Positions 28,483 through 41,319 of a DNA stretch of 64,000 nucleotides are shown here, one piece after another. This stretch comes from Octopus vulgaris (taxonomy: Eukaryota). The stretch is taken from positions 99,572,001-99,636,000 of the forward strand of contig OX597815.1 of assembly GCA_951406725.2 (NCBI GenBank). Direction: 5' to 3'. Under the pieces are notes generated by a model, which saw only the letters and a list, made by a program, of their open reading frames with translations, was not told the origin of the DNA and searched no databases. The position numbers and the translations under genes are program-made. Positions within the stretch are counted from its first letter, which is position 1, and each line of letters opens with the position of its first letter.

Positions 28483-30151
28483 AAAATAAAGAAATATTTT
28501 CTTGAAAAAAGAGTGAAGTTTAGATAAAATTATATGAAGCTGTAGGGAGAGAATTTTTTCATTTGTGATATAATGCTTTTTATAAGCCCAACCTCTGTTT
28601 CCGTTGCTTGCATTGAAACAAGTCCGGCTGATTTTAGGAAAATATCTGATTGTCCTTCTAGCAAAGAATCATTGTGCTAAGCCATTAATTATTTTAGAAT
28701 CTAACAATTGCCAAGACTATATTTATAGGACATTCTATTCATTTCGATATATTTTGGAGGTGGACAATATTTTGTAAATGTGAAGAAAGAAAAAAGAATT
28801 ATCACCAAAGAATTTTTTTCTCAAATCTTAAGGTATAAGAACATTAAGTGGCAAGTACAGAATTTCTGATGCTGACTTGCATGTGAAAACAGCAGATATA
28901 ATGCCGTTAGGAATGGAATCAAATGCAAGACACGTTGTTGTTTAGAGTTGTAAGGAGGTTCTTAAACAAAAGACACAGAAGGATGACAATGCATACAAGT
29001 CTAAGATAAACTCTATCACATACATTGTTTGTTTTTTGTCTTCTTATACATTTTGTTTGTGCTTCGGTTGTTTTACAATTTTCCTTTAATGGAATCTACT
29101 TTAAAATATATAGGAATATATGAGTGTGTGTGCATATGTATGCATACGTATATGTATGTGTATGAGCGTATATAAATGTGCGTATGTACGTGTGTATGTA
29201 TTTAGAAGTGCTAGTGTATGTGTGAAGAGAAAGAGAGATTGAATAAGTAAATGCATGGGTATATCTGTTCTTGAGTAAGTTTATTGATATATAATACATA
29301 TAAGACATACATACACATACAAACACACGCGCGCGCACACATACACACATATAGGCACGTACCTATATTTATATTCATTTTGTATGTATTTGAGAGCATA
29401 TAAACTGCAAACGAAGGTGAATGTGTGTTTCCGCGCACTTATGTATGAATAGGTAACGTATGGCGATTGATATACCATAGTAGTGTAAGAGCGTCGATAT
29501 TGCAGATATGCTAGATATTGCAGATATGTGCGAAATGAGTTCAAATGAAGCCGAAGTCGACTATGCTTTCCAGATTTTCGGGGACACCGCTTGTTTCTAT
29601 ACTCTTTCTCTATCTATTAATTTCCAACTCTTTCAGAACCGGCTGCATCTAACTTGGCGAAGTAAATGACAGTTGTATTGTTCCATAAAAAACACATGTA
29701 TGTCATAAATGTTACACGGTGGCATCGGGAACCTGAATTACGAGGAAGAAAGGTTATACATAACTATAAGAATAATATAAGTATGTACAAATTTTATAGT
29801 CGCATACATGTAAATAGATTTCTTTTCTCGCTTGTTTTATTCTTTATTATTTTTAATATTTGGTGTAATGCGGAGGTGGTGCGAGTTATATTTCAACTTC
29901 ATTTTTCCTTCAGACTATCCACATGATCATCATAGCAGACTTTAATGTGATAAAGGAAGTGAAAATGAATGCTGTGCTCGTGCCTCTAGCAGACATAGTC
30001 AGCTCTAAGGACGAGATTTTAGGGCGTAATGTAATACAGGTAATAAACTGTAAAATGAATGCAATATTGTGCAACGCAGTCTTATACATTGTACTATAAT
30101 CCTTTTTTTTATTGAGAGAAGGAAGGATAGCAACATAAATATTTTAAGTGA

Positions 30152-30600
30152 AGGCGGCGAGCTGGCAGAAGCGCTAGCACGCCGGGCGAAATGCATAGCG
30201 GTATTTCATCTGTCTTTACGTTCTGAGTTCAAATTCCGCCGAGGTCGACTTTGCTTTTCATCCTTTCGGGGTCGATTAAATAAGTACCAGTTACGAACTG
30301 GGGTCGATATAATCAACTTAATCCGTTTGTCTATCCTTGTTTGTCCCCTTTGTATGTAGCCTCTTCTGGACAGTAAAGAAATAAGAAACGTTAGCACGCC
30401 GGGCGAAATGCTTAGCGGTATTTCGTCTGTCTTTACGTTCTAACTTCGAATTCCGCGGAGGTCGACTTTGCCTTTCATCCTTTCGAGGTCGATAAATTAA
30501 GTACCAGTTACGCACTGGGGTCGATCTAATCGACTTAATCCCTTCGTCTGTCCCTGACTGTCCCCTCTATGTTTAGCCCCTTGTGGGCAATAAAGAAATA
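30152..30600 (+). mobile_element. SINE family B dimer with 16-bp target-site duplication
   Basis: Head GGCGGCGAGCTGGCAGAAGCG, B-box-like GAGTTCAAATTCC, two tandem units. ATAAATATTTTAAGTG is duplicated exactly at 30135-30150 and 30601-30616. Confidence 0.93.
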
Positions 30601-30974
30601 ATAAATATTTTAAGTGGAGCTGTGAGGTGAGAGAGGTCACTGAGGGTAAATGGCTGAAGAAATCACAAATCATTGAGTATCGACGGGCATACAACAACAT
30701 GACTGTCTAAACTCAGGAAACACCACTTTATATATGGATGTACCTGATGTGACCCAGACTGCAAAATGGATGCAACGCAACATGATGGACTGAGTCCCAT
30801 CCATAAGGGACAATAGCAGGATGGATCGGAACGATCGTTATACAAAATAAAAATTAATACCGAATCCACCTCCTGGGTACTTAATTATCACTATATATAT
30901 TAAAGAGAGAGAGAGAGAGAGAGTGCGGTGTGAATGTGTGTATCTCTTTGTATGTGTTTGCGTATATGTGTGTA

Positions 30975-31175
30975 TGTTTATGTTTGTTGCACTACCGCAC
31001 GACAGCCGGTGTTGGTTTGTTTACGCCCCTGTAGCTTAAAACAAAGAGATCGATACAATAAGTATCAGTTTAAAACAATAAGCACTAGGAACGATTTATT
31101 CGACTAAACACTTCAAGGGAGTGCCCCAGCGTCGCCACAGTCCAATGACTGAAAGAAGTATAGGATAAAAGATAA
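30975..31175 (+). mobile_element. SINE family A, 3' half (degraded)
   Basis: GACAGCCGGTGTTGGTTTGTTTACGCCCC...CAGTCCAATGACTGAAAGAAGTA. Confidence 0.7.
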
Positions 31176-31198
31176 AATAATTATTCTTCGTTCTAAAC

Positions 31199-31375
31199 CA
31201 CTGCTCCGCAACCGGTTACACTGGTGTGTCACGAGACGATGCTAGTTGTGCCGCCGTGTAACCTGAATATAATCTTTTTCCCTATACTTTTAGTTATATA
31301 TTTAGTTCAGGAGCGCCGCCGAATTTTGAAAAGAATATAAGTGTACCGCAAGTGCAAAAATTCTGCGGATCTCTG
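31199..31375. mobile_element. hAT (Charlie-like) MITE
   Basis: Imperfect CA...TG TIRs (CACTGCTCCGCA / TGCGGATCTCTG) flanked by 8-bp TTCTAAAC (31191-31198) and TTCTAATC (31376-31383). An 8-bp TSD is characteristic of hAT elements. Confidence 0.65.
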
Positions 31376-31789
31376 TTCTAATCCAGACTAACGCCTTGTA
31401 ATGCAACAGGCACTACACGACTAATGAAAGTGAAACTCATCGGAATACGGTGACAATTTGATTATTTAGAAAATATCTTGCTCTCTTATTACAAATTTAC
31501 TTAAAAAATGCCATGTTAGTATTAATTAAAATGTTATTCATATTCCCAAAATCTTCAGAAAATCGTGTCTCTATATCAATGTCTTTTAGGATTTTACATG
31601 ATTCTGCTTCCAAGTCTTAAAAGCAAACAATCACGATGATCGCTTATGAACACATTTTGAAAATAACAGTTGGATCGCCTAAGATAACGACCTGTCAGTA
31701 CAGGTGTGGAAGTTGTTGTTAGCCTTGTTGGCTGAAGTAAGAACTTAATTCGCTTAGATATTGAACAATACCTGTAGCAAGAGTATATT

Positions 31790-31957
31790 GGTCTCAGATT
31801 TTACTACAAGGTCAGTAATTTCGAGAAAGTGGATACCAGTGTTCAACTGGTGCTTATCCTTAAGGATGAAAGGCAATGTAGACCTCGGTGGTATCTTAAC
31901 TCAGAATGTAAAGACGGACACAATTCCGCTAAGCATTTTGTCCGGCATGCTAACGAA
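31790..31957 (-). mobile_element. degraded SINE family B
   Basis: GGATGAAAGGCAATGTAGACCTCGG...CCGCTAAGCATTTTGTCCGGCATGCTAACG. Confidence 0.75.
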
Positions 31958-32594
31958 ATAGCAAGATTTATATTGATAACCTAAAGACAATATTCCAGTA
32001 TATGAAATCCTAACTTCTCACATCTATATATCATTAACAATTTTACCTTATATACATTACCTATTTCGTCTCAAAAAAAAAACGTTTAAGAAATTCAATG
32101 AAGTTAATTAAATTGGGATGATAATGAGGTTTCTAAATATACTTTTTCTGTCTAAGAAGCTGAAATTGTCAAAAATTTATGAACGAAGCAATTTTTTTTC
32201 AGAGCAAAATATATCTATGCACAAAATATATACGTTCATGTTGCCCTAATAAGGATAGATTTTTTCTATAAAAGTACATAATTTATAATGTGGCATTGTT
32301 CTATCAAAATAATTTATTTTCTTGTAATATTTATGATATATTTGCTTTGTAGCAAATTTAAGGAATTTGTTTCCACGTAGAAAGTTTTTTAACAAAGTAA
32401 TAAGCGAGGACATTCGGTACTGGAGTAGATAATGTTGTGAGTCAATATATAATTCATTATGAAATATTTTTACGTAAGATATTTCGTCATATAATGTAAT
32501 GTGCTGTTGGATAACGTTGCACGAAAACCCAATTGTGTACGACAATGTGATATATGCGCACGCATACGCAAGCACACACACACGAACGCACACC

Positions 32595-32627
<33 letters not shown>

Positions 32628-33741
32628 CACATATATATGTATATATAATGTATTGACTGTAATGAAATGCAATGTCATCTTGTACCAACAGACTTATAGT
32701 GTGATGTATAATATATTGTGAAGTTATGAAATCTAATGCATATTCATATATCATGAAATATGTAGTGTTACATGCATTTTAGCATAGAATAGTCCAATGC
32801 AACGTAATTTAATAGAAAGTAATATAATATTGAACACCACAATATGATGTGAAAGCTGCGAAATATAATGTCATGTTTTATTTGAGTTCACCTTATATAT
32901 TTGCTATCACTTTCTATTTATTCATTCCTGCGAAAATGACTTTCGACCAACTTACCGCTTTTCAAAAATGCTCTTCGACAAATTGCCATCCAGCTAATAT
33001 TTTGTTAATGAATATATTTTCGATGAACCTGCTTTCGATCAATGTACTATAATCAGTAGTTTTCAAAAGGGTGCACTGGAAAGATTGGTTTTTTTGGCAC
33101 TGAGGTTTTTTAAAAATATTTTTTAACGCTACAGACAGAGAAACTTAAAGAAACATGTCATCATAGTTTTGTTATATACGTGTATAATTAATGAAGTATT
33201 ATGAACCGTATTCGGCTTGTACATCTGCAAAGCCTGCAGATGTGTCTAAAGAAAAAGAATCTCATGTTCACAATCCACTGTGAACCAGTATTCTAGAGAG
33301 TCTGGAATACTATAACATATAGGCGCATCCCATCTTGTATCTTCAGACATCTTATCACCATTGTACAGAAATTTTCCTTTTAAATAACCTTCGATACACT
33401 GTAAATATTTTGGAGGCTTGTAAACACGTTAAATGCTCTAAATATATTCAAGTGCCCACATAAAAATACACAGAATAAACACACACAATTGACTCATACA
33501 ATATCTGAAAGAAATTCAGTATATATTCATTTTCAAGTGTAGTTTTGAATGAATTTATTTTACTTCTTTTAAAGTAGTTCCTATGTCTATTTTTCCTTCA
33601 GAATTTTTAACATATTGACTCTTAAAAGTTTTATGGTCGTTAAATCGAGAACTATTGTAAACACTTAAGTAAGAAAGTACAATTGCATTCATAATGACAC
33701 ACTCGATAACAATGACTTTAAATTGTTGTAAATATAAGGCT

Positions 33742-33788
<47 letters not shown>

Positions 33789-33838
33789 GTATGTTTCTAT
33801 GTATGTATGCGTACAGCCCCTGTATGTATGTATGCATG

Positions 33839-33878
<40 letters not shown>

Positions 33879-33983
33879 GCACATATATATATATATATAA
33901 TATACATATATAATATATAATACATGCATACATATATATCATATTATATATATGCATATTACTATGATATATATATGTATATG

Positions 33984-34014
<31 letters not shown>

Positions 34015-34159
34015 CATACATATGTATATATACATATACAAACATATATATATATCTATATATAATATACATATATGAATATATGTATATATATACATAT
34101 ATACATATATATATATATAATATATATACAATATATAATATATATATAATATATATATA

Positions 34160-34200
<41 letters not shown>

Positions 34201-34791
34201 TCGCATATATTTACATTGATAGATACATACATATGTATGTATTTATATTCACATACATATGTATGTGTGTATGTGTTTATTTCTTCTATAGGTTTGTGAA
34301 TATATGAACTTTTATGTGTATATATATAAATATGAACGTGTGTATTCGTGTATGGGAACGTGGAGTTCTCTTATTCATGTTTTTCTGTTTTTATCCACCC
34401 CACAAAGAGTAGGTGTCGTCCTAAGTTAGAAACGAGGCTCCATTGTTTGAATTTCGACAGCAACAAATCTATAAATTCCTGTACAAAGCATCAGATTCGT
34501 CATCAACATTTTCGTTCTTGTTTTCAAGATTGTATTCAAGTTGAATAGACTTTTCAGGAATATTTTTTCAAGATTACTTGCTTATGTATTTGGTATAATA
34601 TAAGAGTTTAGAGCATTGATTACAAATACATATGGCAATAGTATGTAGATATTTATACATCTATGAAGAGAAAGATTTACATACGCACACACAAAACACC
34701 GTATATACTTATATACATATAGAGAGAGAAAGCGCGAGAGAGAGTGAGTGTGTGTGCGTGTGTGTGTGCCTGTTGTGCATCTGTGTGTGTC

Positions 34792-34857
<66 letters not shown>

Positions 34858-35261
34858 GGAGGGAACAGTATATAGAGACATAGGTATAAATATTCATTGT
34901 GGTTAAATGTGTGTGCATATTTGTTCTTAATACGTTCCCGCAAATTCAAATCCAAATATGCAAATGTTACGGGACAATAAGTTCTTTCTACGATGGCAAT
35001 GTGATCAGAACACACTCGGTACATTGATGCAGTTCGTATACAGGTATTTCTACACACTCTGTATCGTTAGCCTAAACAATCCGGTGGCATTATATTTAAT
35101 TTCAGTGAAAAACGCTGTTTATTAATCGGTGCATCAGTGTTTACATCTGCGGCACTGTGTACGCCGAGATCTGGGATGATTATATATATAAATATATATA
35201 TACCTATATATATATATATATATATATATACACCCAAACGCACGCACACACACACACACAC

Positions 35262-35307
<46 letters not shown>

Positions 35308-35610
35308 ACACACACATACACATGAGTGACCTGCATGATGTGAATGTAAGTATATTCAAAACTGAATCTCCTCCCGTCAAGGATCCCTGATGAACCTACC
35401 TCGGGGTATGAAACGCACATGGGAGCAACAGCATCAAACTCTGTCATTCACTAATGCCTCATCAGAGGAAGGCCAAAGTACTGAACGTGTAGGAAAATTA
35501 ACGACGGTGTCACTGCATGACCAGGGGTCTGGAGCTGAATCTAGTTAAAGAAAAAGGGGAAAGACAGACACATACATACATACATATATACATAAATACA
35601 TATATGCATG

Positions 35611-35642
<32 letters not shown>

Positions 35643-35684
35643 CATAAATACATATATGCATGCATACATACATGCATACATACA

Positions 35685-36780
35685 CCCAAAGAAGTCGCTA
35701 CGTATCAACAGATGAAGGGATGAGCCTGTATCAGTAGAAGACTATGCATGGATATGTTACTAGAACGCTCTGTGATGATAGTGACATCGATCATCAAAGC
35801 AGTTTATCCTGGACGAATAGCCGGATTATGAACTCCCACTTTGAAAGATATGCATTTGCAATCCAGGAAGAGCAAATATCAAACAACAATCTGATGCACA
35901 AAAGGGATAGAGATGTGGAAAAAACCGTAAAATGTGACAACCGATGCAGACTTCGTGGTGTTCATACTGAAGACATCACCCACATCGTAAACAGTTGTCC
36001 GAAAATGTCATCACGGTTTTTTCTACCGATGAGACATGACAAACCTATAGCTTCAATAAGGTTTGAAGCTATAGCCACTAATAAAGAAAAGGAATACTAG
36101 TGGAATGTACTAGTGAAGACCTCAATAAAATGTAAGCACAACAAACCTGATATAATGATTTGGGATAGAGAAGAGAAACTGAGCACAGTTGTGGAAATTT
36201 GCTGCTCAGCAGATATTAACATAAAGCTGCAGATCAGTGAAAAAGAGAACACCTATGCTGAACCATTGAGAAATCTGCAGTTACTCTACCTAGATTACAA
36301 GTTCAGGTTTATGCCTGTAATTATTGCCTAAATATCGATCTTGAGAAATTAGGCTTCTCAAAACCAGAAAGGAGAAAGCTAATTCGAAGGCAACAGATAC
36401 AATCCATCACTGAAACTGTAAAAATCTGCAAAACTTTCCAGAAGATTATCATTTATATATATATATATTTGTGCATGTCTAGATATGTAACTATATACAT
36501 AAGAATACATACATAAAACATACAAATGTGCGCATACATATATACATACATACATACATACATACATACATACATACATACATACATACATACAATGCAT
36601 CCATCCATCCATACATACATACATACATACATACATACATACATACATACATACATACATACATACATAGAAAACCACCCTCTTGTTGATGTTCAAATTC
36701 CAATGAAGGAACCTTGGATCTAGGTTAGAAACTGTCTCTTTCTCTATTGGAAAGAAATCCTCAAATAAACTGAATAATAA
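35685..36780 (+). mobile_element. 5'-truncated R4/Dong-clade (RLE) non-LTR retrotransposon
   Basis: MHGY..FAIQEEQI..CRLRGVHTEDITHIVNSCPKMSSRFFLPMRHD (decayed CCHC knuckle plus RHD) and HNKPDIMIWDREEKLSTVVEI (PD-(D/E)xK endonuclease). Colinear with 50150-51330 and flanked by (CATA)n on both sides. Confidence 0.88.
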
Positions 36781-36844
36781 CATACATACATACATGCATA
36801 CATATATAGGATATGTACCCGAAGTTAATAGTAAATGTTGATAT

Positions 36845-37216
36845 ATATATATATATATAAAACGGCAGTTTGTCTGTGTGTGTTTCTGTGTGTCTGTCAG
36901 GTTGTACCCTCACCCTGACCACGGCTTTTAACCGATTCTGATGAAACTTGACACACACATAGCCCAATGTCATAATTCAAAACTAACGCAGCGAAAATTT
37001 TGAAAAGTTCCCCCAGTTCTGAAAAAAATCGATAAGTTCGACATGGGGTCGAGAATCAGAAACACAAACCACAGACTGTCTAGGCGACGCAACTCGACCT
37101 TTTTAACTAAAAAAAATTTACCATAATTTTTTTTCCGTTTTTTGGCTATAACTCTCTAAAAATGCTTTATAGTTATTTCCCTTACAAACCCGAGCAAGGC
37201 CGGGCGATACTGCTAG
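36845..37216 (+). mobile_element. non-autonomous Helitron (short derivative)
   Basis: Starts in (TA)n-AAAACGGCAG. GC hairpin CCCGAGCAAGGCCGGG lies just upstream of a terminal CTAG (37213-37216) followed by T. No TIR or TSD. Confidence 0.85.
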
Positions 37217-37394
37217 TATATATATATATATAAAGTTAATCCAAACAAGAAAACACAGAAAAAAAGGGGAAAAAAAGAAAAAAAACACAGCAACGCAGGA
37301 CGTGGAACAATTAAAGTATTATTGACGCTCAGGAAAGAAGGGAAGGAGGGTTTAACGTTTCGAGCGGAGCTCTTCGTATATATATATATATATA

Positions 37395-38207
37395 AAGCCG
37401 CTTTACATGGATTGACCTTGAACTATGTTGTACATACGCACTAAGTTTCAACGTTCTAGGTCACATCTGTAGTTTACAGAAGTGCTTAGAAGAATGGTTT
37501 GTAGCCTGTAATCGTCGCATTGACAACTACAGAGAAGGTTGAGCAGAGAATCTGCATCGAATTTTGCCAAAAGCATGGGGATACCTGCTCAGAGGCCTAG
37601 GCAAAGTCTCCAAAAACATTTTCATCGTTCTCGATACCGTCAAGATATTGTGCAACTGAAACCCGAGTTTCTTTTTGGTCAGCTGAAAACAGTTTGGGAA
37701 TTAACATGGCAGACACGCGTCTCATACCCAAATCTGCAGTGATAACGGACTGTATTGAACCGTAACTAATCTCCAGATTCTCTAATAACTGATGGATGGT
37801 GATTCGTCGATTTCCCTTCACAACTGCACGCACATCTGCGATGTTTTTCTCAGTTCTCCTGGTTGCGGGCTCCAGAACATTCGTTAATATCGACATGTTT
37901 TGGGCCATCTTGGAAACGTTTGATCCTCTCTTACACTTGTGTGCGGCTCGTACACTCCTCTCCAGCCACTTTCTGCAACTTTGCATATGCCTATGAACAA
38001 GTATTACCATGACAACTTTCTCTGTCGTGGTCAATGTGACGATCACACATTACAGACCTTCCCTCCAAACACAACTGTAAACAGCGGAAGTAAGCTAGAA
38101 CGATAAAACTTAGAGATAATGTATGGCAGAGTCAAGCATCTTGACTCTGCATGCTTTGGCTCCGTTACTATGGCAATACTCCGAATACTTATTGATCAGA
38201 CTTCGTA
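37395..38207 (-). mobile_element. mariner relic: TIR plus N-terminal transposase, with an inverted second 5' end
   Basis: TA+CGAAGTCTGATCAATAAGTATTCGGAGT TIR on the minus strand (38207). ORF 38046-37597 has NIADVRAVVKGNRRITIHQL..ISYGSIQSVITADLGMRRVSAMLIPKLFS (mariner HTH and WVP-like linker). Plus strand 37529-37600 reads TEKVEQRICIEFCQKHGDTCSEA. Confidence 0.85.
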
Positions 38208-38235
38208 TATTATATTTGCTATATGCTATATCATA

Positions 38236-38643
38236 TACTCTTTTACTGGTTTCAGTCATTTGACTGTGGCTATGCTGGAGCACCACCTGTAGTCGAGCAA
38301 ATCGACCCCAGGATTTATTCTTTGGATTTATTCTATCGTTCTATCGTTCTCTTTTGCCGAACTGCTAAGTTACGGGGACATAAACACACCAGCATCGGTT
38401 GTCAAGTGATGCAGGGGGGACAAACACAGACACACAAAACATATACACACACACACACGCACACACACTCACACACACGCACACACACATATATATACGA
38501 CGGCTTTCTTTCAGTTTCCGCCTACCAAGGCTTTGGTCGGCCGCAGGCTATAGAAGACACTTACCTAAGGTGCCACGCAGCGGGACTGAACCCGGAACTG
38601 TGTAGTCCGTAAGCAAGCTACTTACCACACAGTCACTCCTACG
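38236..38643 (-). mobile_element. SINE family A
   Basis: Near full-length reverse complement of the 41117-41538 copy. Confidence 0.9.
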
Positions 38644-38731
38644 TATAATATTATATATTATAAATCATTTATTACATTATATTATATATCATAGATTGTG
38701 TGCGCGTGTGTTTGTTTGTGTGCGTATCATA

Positions 38732-38766
<35 letters not shown>

Positions 38767-39419
38767 TGTTTGTCTGTGTGTGTCTGCGTGTGTCTGTGAT
38801 CGAGTGCGTGTGTATGCGCGCGCGTGTGTGTACATTCAGATAGATAATCTTATACCATGCCCGAGAATCATAACTCCAACTGACTGCTAAGGAAAAAAAA
38901 ATTGAGAGATTTTTTTCGAGTTAGAGAAATTACAGAAATGGAAAACTTCTGAAAGTGCAAAAAATATTAACGCTATATAATTCTTAAATTAATATCTATT
39001 TATTTAGCTGACATTTGGAAATATTAAATTGTGGAATATACATTATTATTATCGTGAAATATAATTATCTATGTTTTTTTTGTTTTTTTTTAGTAAGCTT
39101 TCATATATATTACTGCATAACGTGTTGTTTTAACTTCTGCAAACGTGCTCTTCATATGCATTAGTTATTTTGCAATCTGAAAAATGACTGAGTATTGGTC
39201 GCAGTTCTTCAAAATATATGTGTGTAATATTTCCTTCATTTTTTTCCCTAAAATAATACTTACCGTTTCAATGTTGTCTCTATTTTTTCAAATCTTATTG
39301 TTGAAGCAACATTATTATTGAAATAATCTATTTGCGAAACTGAAAAGAAAGTGTTACACGCCAAAGTTGTTGGTACGTTTGTAGTTTACATATTTCCATC
39401 TGATACATGTGTTTCAAAT

Positions 39420-39635
39420 ATCTGTTTCAAATTTTGACACTAGGTCAGTTACATTAGAGGAGATGGTAAGTCGATTCCATCGATCCCTAGTGTTCAATTG
39501 GTATTTATTTTATCGATCCCCTGAGGATGGAAAGCAAAGTAGACCTCGACGAATTTGAACTCATGACGTAAGGACGGACGAAATGCCGCTAAGCATTTTC
39601 TCAGGCTTGCTAACGATTCTGCCAGTTCGCCGTCT
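39420..39635 (-). mobile_element. degraded SINE family B
   Basis: GAATTTGAACTC..GACGAAATGCCGCTAAGCATTT..GATTCTGCCAGTTCGCCG. Confidence 0.8.
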
Positions 39636-40320
39636 TGAATGTTTTAAGAAATATTAAAGAGTAAAGAAATTTGATCTTTACTACTTGTTCAAAGTAATGT
39701 TGTTACTATTTCTAGCCGATGGAGTAAATCATTCCTTATTAATTTTTGCGAACCAATATTAAACAGCGGAGAAACATTTGTGTTATGATGATTACACCAT
39801 TTTATAAATTATACTATTATAAATTTTAAAGCGTTGTTTCAAAAACGGGTGGTATTTAAACTATTCCATCTCAGTTGTGTCAGTATTTATTTTGAAATGA
39901 CTTAAGAAAAGACAAAATGGATGTACAGAAAGGATGAAATAAAAGCAGAGAAAAACAAAAATGGCGTGTAGCTGGTTTTGTGATTGATAAACTGAAACAA
40001 AAGTCAAGTAGGAAGGTGTGTTTAAGTGAGAAGACAAGAAGTGTTCTCCTATTCAAACTGATATATTCCGTGTGGAAACGATGATAACGGCAAATTTATT
40101 TAAAAGAAACTTTACTGTATATTTATAAGCTGTATTATGAAATGGGAATAGTTAAAGATTTTCTTACTGGGAGATTTCTTTCATTTTATAAATGCAAATC
40201 ATTCAGAAGTCTTTAAAATTCGAAATCGAAAACAGTTGTTGCCAAAAATATTTCGTATAAATAAAGTATTACCGATTCTTTAACGGAAATACAGAAGCCA
40301 GAAAAATTCGTGGTGTCCTG

Positions 40321-40420
40321 CGTCGGCTCATCCTTAAAAGTTCATTTAAAGTTCATCTTTAAAAATATCATAGTTAACAATAAACAACTAAATAAATGAA
40401 CTTTTAAGAATGAACCGACG
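40321..40420. repeat. 28-bp inverted repeat with 44-nt spacer
   Basis: CGTCGGCTCATCCTTAAAAGTTCATTTA (40321-40348) versus TAAATGAACTTTTAAGAATGAACCGACG (40393-40420), 2 mismatches. Confidence 0.85.
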
Positions 40421-40479
40421 AGAAATAAATTACAGTGAACTGATTTGCTGTAACGAGTGAAAACTTGGTCCTTCTTTGA

Positions 40480-40542
<63 letters not shown>

Positions 40543-40543
<1 letters not shown>

Positions 40544-41288
40544 TAGCAGCATAGCCCGCCGTTGCCCGGGTATGTAAGAGCCCCTAGTAGGCAACGACTA
40601 ATCCCAATCTAGTCCTTTCCCTCTAGGGAACGAAGGCGCATGTGTAGGCTGCAATGTCTTCTCTTCACTCCCAAATAACTATCAAACAGCTATCGATAAT
40701 TCAACCCAACCAATTCCTACCAGGAAGAAATTACATTCGAGACTTTATCCGCAACACCGCCACTTCTGCTAATAGCTGCTGCAGCCGCAAGTTATTCGAA
40801 TACTTTTTTTGTTTAAACTTTCTTTATAACTACCACCCCAAACGTTTTACCTTAAATTTTTGACGTACCCTAAGGACGCTACTTGCAAACTCTTGGTTTA
40901 TTATAAACCGCTTTTGTCGTGTGCACCAAAAAACCTTTTCCATTCGTTTGTTCAGTTTGGTCACTTTTGACTTTTTCGTTGTTGTCACTCACATTGCTGC
41001 CCGCTTTTTTGCCGTTTTTGTACATTTTTATACATTTTGGAATACTTACCCCACGTGTTCCGAGAGTTAAAAAGGTCGAGTTGCGTCCCCTAGACAGTCT
41101 GTGGTTTGTGTTTAATAGGCGCAGGAGTGGCTGTGTGGTAAGTAGCTTTCTAACCAACCACATGGTTCCGGGTTCAGTCTCACTGCGTGGAATATTGGGC
41201 AAGTGTCTTCTGCTATAGCCCCGGGCCGACCAATGCCTTGTGAGTGGATTTGGTAGACGGAAACTGAAAGAAGCCTGTCGTATATATG

Positions 41289-41319
<31 letters not shown>

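Noticed and set aside
36930-36950. CTGATGAAAC as a hammerhead core
   Set aside because: There is no stem II. It is part of the Helitron subterminal CCGATT-TGATGAAACT motif, also present in the second copy.
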